Source of the DNA: Fistulifera solaris
Lineage: Eukaryota
Direction: 5' to 3'
NCBI GenBank assembly: GCA_030295235.1
Contig: AP026133.1
Span: forward strand, 930,001-994,000
DNA: 64,000 bases
Part shown: positions 36,329 to 48,366 of the stretch, one piece after another
Numbering within the stretch: the first letter of the stretch is position 1
How the letters are laid out: every line of letters starts with the position of its first letter
Position numbers and translations under genes: made by a program
Notes under the pieces: generated by a model
The model's input: only the letters and a program-made list of their open reading frames with translations
The model's database searches: none
What the model was told of the DNA's origin: nothing

Positions 36329-37825
36329 ATGGTGACTACAACACCCACTTATTCTGCCTTAGTAGCATGCCTGGCTATCGTCTACGTTGTCTTTTCGCAC
36401 ACTACCAAGGGAACTGTGGATTCGTTCCATCAACCCAGCCGTTTTCCGGGCTTCGCCAAGGCGATGCCCACTTCTATGGGCGACACGAAAGTGGACATCG
36501 AAGTTGACATCAATAATGAAGATGACCCCAACAACGAAGATCCCGTGCAAATCCGCCTGCGAGAAGCAAAGGAGAAATTACGTGAGGCTAAGGACCGCTT
36601 GCAAGGCACGTATGAGGAAGACATTGTCACTCCGGGAGGTTCTGTTGAATCAGAAACTGACGAGAAGCATGAGAAGCACGAGGGTATCATCGCTGCCATG
36701 AAACGAGCGGTAGGACTAGAGAGTGAGCCGACGTCAACCAAAGCGGAAGAAGCGAGCGACAAAGCGAAAGAGAAGTACTACGAAACGAAAGACAAAGCAC
36801 AGGGAACTTACGAGGACGCGAAGAATAGAGCCCATGGAACATACGAAGATGCCAAGAACAACGCGCAAGGAGCTTACTACAACGCAAAGAACAACGCACA
36901 AGGAGCCTATTACGACGCAACGAACAATGCACAGGGAACGTACGATGACGCCAAGAATAAGCTAGGACAGGCAAAGGACACTGTGCAAGAAAAGGCGGAA
37001 AATGCCAAGAATAGCGCACAAGGGACGTTGAGTGACGCAAAGAATAAGGTGCACGACACGTACGAAGCGGCAAAGGACAAAGTGTACGGAACGTACGAAG
37101 CGGCGAAAGAGAACGTAAAAGCTGCCAAAGATACCGTGCAAGAAAAGGTAGGAGATGCGAAGGACAAAGTGGAAGGATCGATTGACGACGCAAAGGATAA
37201 TGTGCGTACAAAGTACGAAACAACCAAGGAGAACGTGCAAGCCATCAAAGATGCAGTCCAGGACAAGGCCACTCAAGCTAAACAAGGCGTGCAGGATAAA
37301 GCAGGACAAGCCAAAGATACTGTACAGGGAACCTACGAAGCGGCAAAGGAGAACGTCAAGTCAGCCAAAGAGACTGTCCAAGGCAAAGCTGAAGAAACGA
37401 AAGAGAGCACCGAGCAAAACGTGGTAGACGCCAAGGACACTGTTCAAGCCACGGCTGAGGGAGCTAAGAACAAGTTGCACGACACTTACGAGGCAGCGAA
37501 GGATAACGTGCACGGTGCATACGAATCGACGAAGCAAAATCTGCAAGCCGCAAAGGACAGCGTCAAGAACAAAGCAGAAGAGGCGAAAGATAGTTTAAAA
37601 AGTAATGCGGAAGGAGCGAAGCAGAATGTACAAGACAAAGCCCAAGACGCCAAGAACAAAGCACAAGCTCAATACGATGAAACTGTCAAAGAGGCTCAAC
37701 AAAAGCACGAAAAGCACGATGGCATTCTTGCTTCAATGAAGAGGGCTGTTGGATTGGAAAGCAAAGATGACAATGACCAAGCCGACGATGATTCCACAAT
37801 TGAAGTTGACGTCGAAGTAAAGTAA
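36329..37825 (+). CDS. LEA group-3-like protein with N-terminal signal anchor
   Basis: 11-mer repeats such as AQGTYEDAKNN and VHDTYEAAKDK. Hydrophobic N-terminal segment. Confidence 0.85.
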   Translation: MVTTTPTYSALVACLAIVYVVFSHTTKGTVDSFHQPSRFPGFAKAMPTSMGDTKVDIEVDINNEDDPNNEDPVQIRLREAKEKLREAKDRLQGTYEEDIVTPGGSVESETDEKHEKHEGIIAAMKRAVGLESEPTSTKAEEASDKAKEKYYETKDKAQGTYEDAKNRAHGTYEDAKNNAQGAYYNAKNNAQGAYYDATNNAQGTYDDAKNKLGQAKDTVQEKAENAKNSAQGTLSDAKNKVHDTYEAAKDKVYGTYEAAKENVKAAKDTVQEKVGDAKDKVEGSIDDAKDNVRTKYETTKENVQAIKDAVQDKATQAKQGVQDKAGQAKDTVQGTYEAAKENVKSAKETVQGKAEETKESTEQNVVDAKDTVQATAEGAKNKLHDTYEAAKDNVHGAYESTKQNLQAAKDSVKNKAEEAKDSLKSNAEGAKQNVQDKAQDAKNKAQAQYDETVKEAQQKHEKHDGILASMKRAVGLESKDDNDQADDDSTIEVDVEVK

Positions 37826-37970
37826 ACGCTGTTCTGATTGCTAGAAGATAGTACATACGAACGTCTTTCGTCATATATAAATAGTAAACTTTATACGTAA
37901 ATTAAAAATTGAATTACATAAGAATCGCTCGAGCTGTCGCTCTGCATCGTTTCCTGTTGCGTCTCATGCC

Positions 37971-39290
37971 TCATGCTGGAGTTCCTTTTGACAAAATCGT
38001 TGATCGACGAATGGCCTGGTCCAGAACGGCTATACCTCGACGGATCACGCCTTCTCTCCACGCCCTTGATTGTGGATAAAACGCTCGTTTCGTGGTACAC
38101 TTGGCCCACTCTAACGCCTCTGCTTCTGGCAAATACTTATAAGCCGCGTTTTCTAGAAACAACGCAAAGCCCACCCAAATCGAGGGTATCGTTCCAAATT
38201 CTTGCGTGACGACCCAAGTATTCTCCAACAACGGCTCAAAATAATCACTCAAAAGTCCCCGAACATTCTCGTATCCCTTTGCCACTTGCGTGGCCGCGTC
38301 GGTGTTCGCAAACGGATGTTGTGCACCCGGAAACCACTGTTCCAATGACGCGGCACCACTGGGGTTTTGGATGAGTAACGTATCGATTCCCATCGGGCCC
38401 AGTCCAGTGTGAACATCAATCCACGTTGTGACCACTTGGCGTTGGGTATGCTCTATGAGAAAATCCCTCAAACGCCACAAACTCGCCTCGGTTTGTTGCC
38501 CGCCGTAAAAGATGCCATCCGGTGCATGATATTGTCCCGCCACCATGGCTGTTTTCAACGCCGGCAATCCATATCGTGCAATCGACCCTAGTCCTTTCAA
38601 AAATACGAGACTGAGACTATACCAAGCCACCGGAGGTCCTGGTAAATGAAAGAGAAAGGACGCAAATCGGTCGTAATTGTTCTTATTGAAATGACGCTCC
38701 CGCAGGACTTCCCAAACTGTGTCATCCAGAATACCGTTGCGATTCAAATCCACGTTGTGTTCATTGGCGCGTCGATAATGCTTCATTCCGTACGGATTAA
38801 CCGCGTGCACGAGAATGACGGTGGGTCTCGCTGCTGCTTCTTCTTCTTCTGCTTCTCCTTGGAGCAGTAATTGCAAAAACGTCAATTGAATCGCCGCTCC
38901 CGCGTATCCTTCCACACCGTGTGTACCAGCCGTATGTATCACCTGTCCCGGTAGTGTTCCAGGAATGATTGCCACGTCCATGGCGTAAGTGTCTTCCTTA
39001 TTGGAAGGATCTTGGACGGGGCGCACCAGAACCGGAAGACGATGCAGTTCGATTTCGGGGAATTTATGTTGCGCTAGTTTCACGGCATGCTGAAATTTCA
39101 AGGAAGATTGTTCGAATGTATCACTAAAGACGACGCACGGATGAATTGTTTGACCGTGAATAGAAAGAGTGGGTTCGTCGAGCGAACAGAATTGCTCCGT
39201 ATGCCAGAGCACCATTTTACCGTCCGAATAGAGCAAGAGCATGGCGGTTGTTACCGCAATGAAGGAAGGAACGATGAAAGTACACCACAT
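37971..39290 (-). CDS. M14-like zinc carboxypeptidase (DUF2817 type)
   Basis: GTHGVEG, HAVNPYG, RANEHNVDLNRN, IDVHTGLG and QEFGT. N-terminal hydrophobic segment. Confidence 0.85.
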   Translation of the reverse strand: MWCTFIVPSFIAVTTAMLLLYSDGKMVLWHTEQFCSLDEPTLSIHGQTIHPCVVFSDTFEQSSLKFQHAVKLAQHKFPEIELHRLPVLVRPVQDPSNKEDTYAMDVAIIPGTLPGQVIHTAGTHGVEGYAGAAIQLTFLQLLLQGEAEEEEAAARPTVILVHAVNPYGMKHYRRANEHNVDLNRNGILDDTVWEVLRERHFNKNNYDRFASFLFHLPGPPVAWYSLSLVFLKGLGSIARYGLPALKTAMVAGQYHAPDGIFYGGQQTEASLWRLRDFLIEHTQRQVVTTWIDVHTGLGPMGIDTLLIQNPSGAASLEQWFPGAQHPFANTDAATQVAKGYENVRGLLSDYFEPLLENTWVVTQEFGTIPSIWVGFALFLENAAYKYLPEAEALEWAKCTTKRAFYPQSRAWREGVIRRGIAVLDQAIRRSTILSKGTPA

Positions 39291-39320
39291 ACTGTTTCGG
39301 GTTCAGTAATGGAGAAAAAA

Positions 39321-39398
39321 GAAGAAGAAGAAGAAGAAGAAGAAGAAGAAGAAGAAGAAGAAGAAGAAGAAGAAGAAGAAGAAGAAGAAGAAGAAGAA
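39321..39398. repeat. (GAA)26 microsatellite
   Basis: Directly visible, about 30 bp upstream of the M14 peptidase start. Confidence 0.97.
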
Positions 39399-40015
39399 GG
39401 AATACTATTAATGACAGAAGCATCATTGATTGTCATGATCATGTATGACTATAAGTCTTTGACAACTGACAGCACGACAACGAATTCTTTCGCAGCGATT
39501 TTGGATCGATTCACGACTGAAACGCAGTCGTGAGAACCGAGATTAAACACATTGAGCTATACTGGTAAGAAATTAGGATAACAACGATCCGTAAAACCTT
39601 TCAACATCAGGGGGGTCGAGAAGTAGGGCTTTTTGCAAATGATGCTCATTCAGAGGTTTCATCCAATCCAACCGGGGAAGCCACGGCAGCTGGCTCGGAA
39701 ACATTGTGATTCATGACTGAAATACAGTCGTGGTTTCGGCACACGACAACACTTTGCGGGTTATAGTAAATACTGGTGCCCAAAGGCAACGATGATGATT
39801 CTTTACGACGACGACGAAAGACAGCTTCGACGACGCAACAATGCGCACTGTATTCTGTATTGCAAACATGTGCGAATGAAAAAGTCAATTGCATCGCGAG
39901 AAAGACAAATGTAAACAATTGAAAGTTGCACTTGTTGAACATCGTATCGCGAATTGACATTGACACAGAAAGAACTGGGAGATAGGCGAAACAGACGCCT
40001 TTCTCTTCGAAGAGT

Positions 40016-41037
40016 ATGCCGTCCTTACCAGGCCGAACGATTATGAATACTTCTCTACTGGGCCATCTTCGACAACCTCGTAAGATAGTTTTGCTGTTCG
40101 CCGTCGTTGTTATAACTTCGATGCGAACACAAAATCCCTTGACAATTACAGAGCACGATGACTTGCACCAAATTTATTTATCGGCGCCGTTGAAAAACAA
40201 TCCTTCCTTTCGATGTATCGATCACGACGACGAAACCACCCATGATGCAACCACTTGTGAATGCCCGGATCCACTCCAGGCGGCTTCTCGCCCCAATTAC
40301 GATTGGGCCAAGCACCATCAACGGTACATACAATCCATTCAAGCAGTCGAACTTGAATTGGATGTCGTCTTTTGGGCGATTCCATCACCGAACACTGGAA
40401 CGGAACGCGACGGATGGGGACTGTTCCATTGCCTTCGACGTATCGAGCATCGTTCGCTCGTTACTTTGATTCCGAGCACGCGCCATTAAAGGGACTCTTG
40501 TTGGGGACTTCGGGGGACACGGTGGTAGAACTATTGTGGCATTTGCAAAATGGAGTACTCAATGTGCCGACCTTGCAACCTTCCGTGTGGGTGCTGTTGA
40601 TCGGGACAAATGATTTGGGGCGCTGGAAATGTTCCAAACGAACGGTATTGGCAGCTATACTACATGTTGCACAATACTTGCACCAGCAAAGACCGAATGC
40701 TACAATTTTGTTGCATGGTCTGTTGCCACGGAGTGAAGATGACTTGGATACGTCTCAGCTGGGAAAGTATTGGCAAGACATTCGTTTTATCAATCGCGAG
40801 CTGCGGAAATTCGTAGATATGCATCCGGGTGAATGGTTCTACATGGACGCGAGCACTGTATTTCTACAAAGAGCACCCAAGGCCATCGGCAATGCTGATA
40901 CTCAAGGATCGGTACAATTGAAGGCTCAGTACATGCCGGATGGATTGCACCCCAACGTCGAAGGTTACGAACAGTGGGCACCGCTCTTGGTGGACGCAAT
41001 CGTCAAGCGATTGCCTCGTCCACAAAGTATTCCGTGA
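40016..41037 (+). CDS. SGNH/GDSL hydrolase (PAF-acetylhydrolase IB-like)
   Basis: GDSITE, GTSGD, IGTND and DGLHPN blocks. Frameshift at the T-run near 40370. Confidence 0.87.
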
Positions 41038-41524
41038 GTGAAGCAGGCAGAAGACTATTTCACTAAGAAAGCCTAAGAGTTTTGTACAGGTAGATTTATC
41101 TACTTTCTTAGGTTACAACATGGGTTGCGATGTATTCAAAAATTAATAAGCTTATCGTTAAGTTAGAGGCAGGCGGAAAAGCCGTCGTCTTCAAGATACC
41201 ATACAGTGAGATCCTCATCATTGAGGTCTTCTGGTGCATTAACAAACTCAATCTCAATGGGAGGTACAAATTTTTGACAGTGATTACAAAGTGAAAAGCG
41301 GGATGTAGTCTTCCGGGTAGTTAGTCCTTGACTCTATCTAGACCTATGACAGCTAGTGACTGAACATGATAGTGAATGGATTGACGCACCGAAACCTAAC
41401 CTTAATACAGCTCTTGGTCGTCTGTCTGTATGCACCAAACATTTCGGTTGCATGCCATTTGAATTTAATACGACGCCATGTGCCTCGTTTGGTGTTTATA
41501 ACACTGATGTAAAGCCGTAATAGT

Positions 41525-44230
41525 ATGGCGAAGGAACGAACGCACTCAAATATGACAAAATCGAACGAGAAATGGAGCAAATGCATTGTATCAATTGCGG
41601 AGAATCCGGATTGGATATTGCACGAAGACGCAATCAAACGCGACATCTACAATGTTCGCAACTGGACTTTGTATTTGGATGCCATTGAAGAGAAAGAAGA
41701 CGATGATTCTGCTATTTATGATTTCGTGTCAAAGAGGGCTTTGTTGGCTCTTCCGAGGAGCTACAAACTGTGGAAGCGACACTGGGAGTGGCATCTAAAG
41801 AACTCAAAAAATGACAAGGACCTTATCATCGTGATGTTTGAACGTGCTTTGCAAACATTATCGCACATGCCTCGTGTCTGGATCAATTATCTAGAATTCT
41901 TGTTCGCGAACGAGACAAATACCACTTTTCTTCGGCAAACTATAACAAGAGCTTTGCAGGCTTTGTCCATAACACAGCATGAGGAGAAACTCTGGGAACC
42001 CCTGATTTTGCCTTTTTTAATGAGCAATTCATGTCCACTTCCGACGGAATCCATCTACCGGCTTTTGCAGCGATATTCATCCCTAGACTTCTCCTTTTAT
42101 GCGCAATTAGGGGAATGGTGTCAAAACCACGGACTAGCAGGTCGGGCGGCGGTTGCCTATCAAACCATTCTTCTTCGAGAAGAAGCCAGCAAGGATGATG
42201 ATCAGCATCATGTATGGGAGGCCTTTGGTGAATTGTGCGTACAGCACTCGAGTCAAGTCGCCGCGGTGGGAATACCTTGGGAAAGTATTTTAAGAGCGGC
42301 TCTTCTTCAAGATCCCAATAGTAAAAAGAAGCAAAACTCCACATGGTTACCAGGTCGCATCTACGCTTGGTTAGCATCCGCATGGGTTCGAAGAGGCGCG
42401 TTTGACTTGGCACGAGTAGTATATGAAGAAGGTATACATTCAGTGAACACAGTCCGTGACTTCACGTTGCTGTTTGATGCGTACTTGCAGCTCGAACAGG
42501 GGTTGGTTGAACACGCTGTAGAGAATATGGATGAGGACGATGATTTGGAAGAAGAAGGAGAAAGTGAGGGAAAAGATGATAAAGACGACTGGGATATACT
42601 ACTAGAATCTACTTCAGCAAGTAAATTGGCTGATATGGAATTGGCTTTGCGCAAAGCGGAACACTTAACACAACGACGCCCGTTGCTCTTGAACGCAGTT
42701 TTATTGCGACAAAATCCCATGAATGTCCCCGAGTGGCTCAAGAGGGCTGAATTATTCCGGGAGCAAAATCAAGTGTCACAGGCTTCAGCGACCTTGCTGG
42801 AAGCTCTGCGGACAGTCACGCATCCGTACGGGGGGACAAGATCGGCATTGCTCGTTGCTTTGGTCGACCTTCGGAGAAATAATCCTGATGAAGCTCGCTC
42901 GTTTCTAAAACGGGCGTGCATGGAAGATGAAATATCAATGACTACCGTAGATGACTTAACAACCTGTTGGACGACTTGGATTGAGTTTGAATTACAACAA
43001 GAACAGTGGGATGATGCTCTTAGCCTTGCGCGCCAGAGTGTTGTTTACCGAAAGAACAGGCCCAACCTGACGAAAACTCTCCGGCTATGGGATTTGTTAC
43101 TTGACCTAGAGGAGAGCTTAGGGACTGTCCAGACTTGCAAAGATGCCTATCATCGGGCGATCGAGATCAAAGCTGCTACCCCGCAACACATACTACACTT
43201 CACAGCGTTCCTGAAAGAACACAATTACTTCGAAGAAGCTTTCTCAGTTTACGAAAAGGGCGTCGAGTTGTTTTCCTTCCCTGCATTGAAGCTTATCTGG
43301 AGGTCATACATCAAAGATTTTCTCGAACGCTTGGCCGGAAAGCATGTTGAACGAACTCGTGATTTGTTCGATAGATGCCTTGAAGCCTGTCCATCTGAAG
43401 ATTGTGCCGAGTTTTACACGCAATACGGTGCCTTTGAAGAGGAGTACGGATTGACCAAGCGTGCGCTGAGTGTTTACAGGAATATGTGTCAAAGAGTTCC
43501 CACGAGCGAAAAAGCCGCTGCATACCGTTTGTATATAGTCAAGACAATCAAGCACATTGGGTTCACCGCGACACGTGACATCTATCAAGAAGCCATCGAG
43601 ACGCTGCCTGACGAGCAAGCTGCGCTGTTGTGCATCGAATTCGCGCAAATGGAAACAAATCTTCAACAGGTCGATCGTGCGAGGGCTATATTCGTGTATG
43701 GTGCCCAAATGGCCGACCCCCGTCGTGTTCCTACATATTGGACGGCTTGGAAAGAATTCGAAGTGCAATCGGGAAATGAAGAGACATTCCGAGAAATGTT
43801 ACGTGTCAAGAGAAGTGTAGAGGTGGCTTTCTCAACAAGTAGCTATAATATTGCTGCTGCTAGTGATAATAACATGACAGAAGAAGAAGCGATGCGCATG
43901 ATTGCTAGTCAGGAAGATGAAGAGGTTGAGGAGCATGCGACAAAGGCTACTACAGCGGTACAAGGTTTTGTTGCTTCAAGTAGTTCTACCAAGAAGCGGG
44001 CGTCGCAAACGTTGGATGAAGTCGAAGAGAGCGTTGCGAAGTTGCGTAAAGTAACGAAGCAAAGTGTTGCACCGGATGAAGATGACGCCGAAATCGACAT
44101 TGATCTAGACGACATTGATGCCGAAATTGAGCAGGCAGCAGCGGAAGGGGAGATTGCAGCCGTGGAGGATGTAGCCACAAAACCGGTGCCAGATGCGGTG
44201 TTTGGGGCGATGGCTTCTCAGAAATCGTAG
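41525..44230 (+). CDS. SYF1: Pre-mRNA splicing factor SYF1/XAB2 (HAT repeats)
   Basis: LPRSYKLW, MPRVW, RRPLLLNAVLLRQNP, DLEESLG and GNEETFREMLRVKRSV. Confidence 0.95.
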   Translation: MAKERTHSNMTKSNEKWSKCIVSIAENPDWILHEDAIKRDIYNVRNWTLYLDAIEEKEDDDSAIYDFVSKRALLALPRSYKLWKRHWEWHLKNSKNDKDLIIVMFERALQTLSHMPRVWINYLEFLFANETNTTFLRQTITRALQALSITQHEEKLWEPLILPFLMSNSCPLPTESIYRLLQRYSSLDFSFYAQLGEWCQNHGLAGRAAVAYQTILLREEASKDDDQHHVWEAFGELCVQHSSQVAAVGIPWESILRAALLQDPNSKKKQNSTWLPGRIYAWLASAWVRRGAFDLARVVYEEGIHSVNTVRDFTLLFDAYLQLEQGLVEHAVENMDEDDDLEEEGESEGKDDKDDWDILLESTSASKLADMELALRKAEHLTQRRPLLLNAVLLRQNPMNVPEWLKRAELFREQNQVSQASATLLEALRTVTHPYGGTRSALLVALVDLRRNNPDEARSFLKRACMEDEISMTTVDDLTTCWTTWIEFELQQEQWDDALSLARQSVVYRKNRPNLTKTLRLWDLLLDLEESLGTVQTCKDAYHRAIEIKAATPQHILHFTAFLKEHNYFEEAFSVYEKGVELFSFPALKLIWRSYIKDFLERLAGKHVERTRDLFDRCLEACPSEDCAEFYTQYGAFEEEYGLTKRALSVYRNMCQRVPTSEKAAAYRLYIVKTIKHIGFTATRDIYQEAIETLPDEQAALLCIEFAQMETNLQQVDRARAIFVYGAQMADPRRVPTYWTAWKEFEVQSGNEETFREMLRVKRSVEVAFSTSSYNIAAASDNNMTEEEAMRMIASQEDEEVEEHATKATTAVQGFVASSSSTKKRASQTLDEVEESVAKLRKVTKQSVAPDEDDAEIDIDLDDIDAEIEQAAAEGEIAAVEDVATKPVPDAVFGAMASQKS

Positions 44231-44509
44231 TTCAACTTACATTCATAGTTACTACATGATTAGTTTACATTTGCAACATCAGCTGTGATATCGAATTGCT
44301 TTCGTTTAAAAATCGTCTGGGGGTAAAAAGGTTAGGGACACGCGGTACGACATCCACGTGGAACGGTACTACCAATTGCAACCCGTTTCACTAAAACGGG
44401 GCGCCATACAGTGCGACGCCGTGCAACACGAAACGAAACAAAACACAAAGTAGTAAAGAAACAACAAACAAAGACTCTTGCGACTACAAAAGCCATTTGT
44501 ATTGCAGAG

Positions 44510-45060
44510 ATGAAAACACTTCTGCTATTTACCTGTTTCATCGCGGCTCATGTCGCAGAATGCTTCGTAATACAAGCACATACCAATCGATTTGCACTTC
44601 GACTGCTTCGTCCAACCGACACCTATGCAACCATTCGTTTGTACATGTCCGATGACGAAAACAAACTACAAACAAAGAAGATGTAGCGGTCGCTTCAAGC
44701 GATACACCCAGCATGAGTAACGAAAATCAAACGCAGTATCCCCTCGATATTCCTTCGCCTATTCTATTGGCTACTTCTATGCTCCTCGCCATTTCTTCTG
44801 TCGGTACGTTTCTCTTTACCTGAAAGTGACACAATTCGATATGAAAGACTTACTTGGTTCTTTTCTTAGGATCGCTGTTTCAAATGATGGACAGTTCTGT
44901 GACACCAATGTCGGCAGCGATCGCGCTCATTGGCCTCCCTCTTTGCCCGTTTTTCTTTTACGCTGCCATTACTAAGGCTCAAGCCGAAACGGAAGCAGAT
45001 GATAAGGCATTCTTGAGAGATCAACGTGGTGTGAGAAATCCCAACGATTTCTTCAATTGA
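44510..45060 (+). CDS. Small, probably plastid-targeted membrane protein
   Basis: Signal peptide ending AEC|F followed by a transit-like region. YPLDIPSPILLA and two TM segments. Intron at about 44803-44869 and one frameshift near 44670. Confidence 0.6.
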
Positions 45061-45411
45061 GAAAACTGTGATCTAAACTAAAAAGCTATGGTTTCTTGCG
45101 TTTGGCGTTTGGTCATTTGTAGTGTAGTTTGTCTTACCGCCACGATAAAGTACACAAATGCGGAGGTCAACGATAATTTTATCCGTTGTAGTAAGCTCTG
45201 TGAGAGGATGTGTACACGGTATTGATAAAGCTTGGAGCCGCGCATTCCGACGACCATGAACAACTCTCTCTTTTCTTCGTTTATCATGCACCATTCTTTT
45301 CTTTTACGATTGGCGGTCTTCAGTGTCCTCATTTTCTTACAAACAAAACGTAAATGAAAGCAAAGAAACGACTCTAGTGTGAAGAACAAATACAAGAGAT
45401 AGCTCGAAACG

Positions 45412-48289
45412 ATGACAGCGGCAACCATGAATGGCGTTTCTTACATTGACGTCGCCGCGTCGAAACATCACGCGCAGCCGTCGTATCCAGTGATGGCAGC
45501 TTTAGCCGCATTGCCTCCGCTTACTGTTGGACAGACTGTGTATTTAATGGATCCATCATGGCTACAGCATTGGTTAAATTGGGCTTGGAGTCTACACCCC
45601 GCAGATTCATTACAGAGACTGGCACTTCAGTGGAATTTGACGATTTCACCGTTGGGTGTCGATGGACCGGGTCCTATCGATTCGTCGTGTCTCGGCAGTG
45701 AGGCGGACGTGACAATTTTGGATCCCTCTATCAATTCGGTCGTTAGTGGAAGTATACCGAGAGTCAGAAGTGACGTGACCACCAAGGAAGAAAAGAAACA
45801 GGATGAAATGAATGCATTGAGTCAAGTAATTGCCGTTTCAGAAGACTTTTACGAGCATCTGCGGCGCGTTCACGGAGTCGTATGCAACGATGACTTTACA
45901 GTGTCTTTTCAGCGACAGGAAAGAGAGAGTTTGCTACTTTATGAGCCTCTGGAATCGCCGAGACCTATAGAATTCAAACGGAAGGTGATTTGGGGGACGC
46001 CGCATATGGCTCATGCCGGTCCACACATGAGCCTCATGGAGAAATTGATGATGCAGGAAGACCGACCGACTCGTGTCCCAGTCGTGGAATTGCATCCGCC
46101 TAAACTGGAATACAGCGTGACCAGGATTGACTTTCACAGCGGCTCGTCTAACCATAGCAAGGGCGTCGAAGTGGGGGAGGGTTTCGTTTACGTTAGTTCG
46201 GCTGCACCACTCAGCGATACCATGTCGGCAGTGTTAAGAATCGCCGCACCGAATACAGCAAGCCAAAGTGTACGACTGTGGACAGAAATGAAATATGCAT
46301 TTCCAGCGGAAACGACGTTGCCGGTGGACGGGGATGGATTTGAATTGGTTGATTTAGATGACAAAAGCCGCACAATATCCGATCTGCAATCCACCAAACT
46401 TCTCATTGAAACACGGTGTTCCGTCAATTTACCATGGACTAGACGGGCCTTGATCGATCGATTGAAAGTTGGTGACTTCGTCGACGCTCAAGACATTGCA
46501 GGGCACTGGTACGAGGCTGTTGTTCGAGAAATAGGTGAGGACACCGTCACAGTTCATTATTTGGGATGGCATAGCAAATGGGATGGCTTGGTACCTAAAT
46601 ATAAAACAGAAACGAAAGGACCGGCTCCTCCAGCCCCACTTTGGTCTCGCACAAAACGCTGGAGAGAAAAATTAAAGGTCGGAGATGTTGTAGAAATTCG
46701 CGATTCTTCGAGTATTGTCAACCGCCCCAAATGGTACTCCGGTATCGTCAAACAGATCGGAAAGCCTACCGACAGACCTCGTGTAGTTGACGGTGGTGCA
46801 GACTTGGAAGATTCAAGCCTTCTTCTTCTGCACAGGACGCAACAGGTATTAGTCGAAGTAGAACAAGAAAAGGCGGACAAAGCAACCATGTCTACGGCAC
46901 CAATGAGTCCCACAACCGCGGATCCGCCTTTTCGACGCTGGGTCAATTTGTACGGCGAGGAATTATGTGCAATTCATACTCATCTCAATGAGAAGGTCGC
47001 AAACGAACCAGCTACGCTCCAGTATGATCTCGGCTATGGTCGTGATAAGCCAGTCGAGGTGTTGAAAGGACATGGCGCCGGTTTTCTCCGCGAATCGCTA
47101 CGTGGATCACCACCAGCTCCTGGTTCAGTGGGCTTACAAAATTTGGGCAATTCATGTTTTCTGAATTCAATATTGCAATGCCTGAATCATATCCAACCAT
47201 TGACCCAGTACTTTTTGAAAGACCAATATCTGCAAGACATCAATAAATCAAATCCGCTTGGGTCGTGCGGTCAGGTTTCAGAGGCTTACGCGGGATTGTT
47301 ACAGAAAGTTTGGAGCGGCGAGTATTCGATACTTGCGCCGCGTTTGCTCAAACAAACAGTGGCGTCTTTTGCTCCTCAATTCGATAACTCGTATCAACAT
47401 GATTCGCAAGAGTTTTGTCAATTCCTTCTGGACGGACTTCACGAAGACCTAAATCGTGTCAAGAAAAAAGCCGTACGTCGAAGAATTGGAGGGGTTTGGA
47501 CGGCCTGATCATGAGACGGCGATTGAGTCTTGGCGTAAACATTTGTTACGACATGATAGTGTGATTGTCGATTACTGCCAAGGAATGCATAGGAGCCATC
47601 TTACCTGTCCACACTGTGGACGGGAATCGATCAAATTTGATGTGTATTCCAGTATTTCACTTCCTTTGGTCATGCATAAAGACAAAATGGCAACTCTTTC
47701 TCTCGAAGACTGCCTTGAGAAATTCATGGAGGGCGAACAGCTTGATGATCTCAATGCTTGGTTTTGCCCTCGATGTCGTAAGCACGTTTGCGCGCTAAAA
47801 CTGATCGCGCTGTGGAGTGTTCCAGACATTCTGATTCTCCACTTGAAGCGTTTTACCTTCGATACTTGTTTGACATCGGGCACCATGTTACGCAGTAAGA
47901 TTGATTGTAAGGTTGAGTTCCCAATCGATAACTTGGACCTCACCAAGCACGTTCTTGGTCCAGTCGATCCTGATGCACCCCCAATTTATAGCTTATTCGG
48001 AGTAAGCGAACACACTGGACCGACGGCGAACTCTGGTCATTATACCGCGACTGTTCGTAACTCGGTCAATGGTAATTGGTATCGTTACAACGACAGCCAC
48101 GTTGGTCGCACATCTGGTGAGGCATCTGTGACAGGTGGTGCATACGTGCTTTTTTATCAACGAACGAAGGGGATTTCAAAATGGGGAGGAATGGATAAAG
48201 TAATGAAAGAGAAAGGAATTGATCCGTATAATGGGCTTGAAACCGACCAAGAAGGTTTCACCAAGGTTAAAAGTAAGAAAAAGAAGTGA
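45412..48289 (+). CDS. Ubiquitin-specific protease (USP) with DUSP-like and tandem Tudor/Agenet-like N-terminal domains
   Basis: Cys box GLQNLGNSCFLNSILQCL, QHDSQEF, LHLKRF and His box GHYTA...WYRYND. Frameshift at the A-run 47461-47469. Confidence 0.93.
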
Positions 48290-48366
48290 TGAATAATAGC
48301 TAGCAATCGAGCTTTTTCTCCATCCTGTTTTAGTATCCCTTAGAACACTTCTGTACGTCGAGTATA

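Noticed and set aside
36430..37546. Multiple - strand ORFs
   Set aside because: Antisense shadows of the 33-bp coding repeats.
39087..39533. Poly-Glu, poly-Leu and poly-Ser ORFs
   Set aside because: Products of the (GAA)26 microsatellite.
47456..47508. Programmed frameshift or split USP gene
   Set aside because: Same pattern as the many other homopolymer indels; sequencing error is the simpler explanation.
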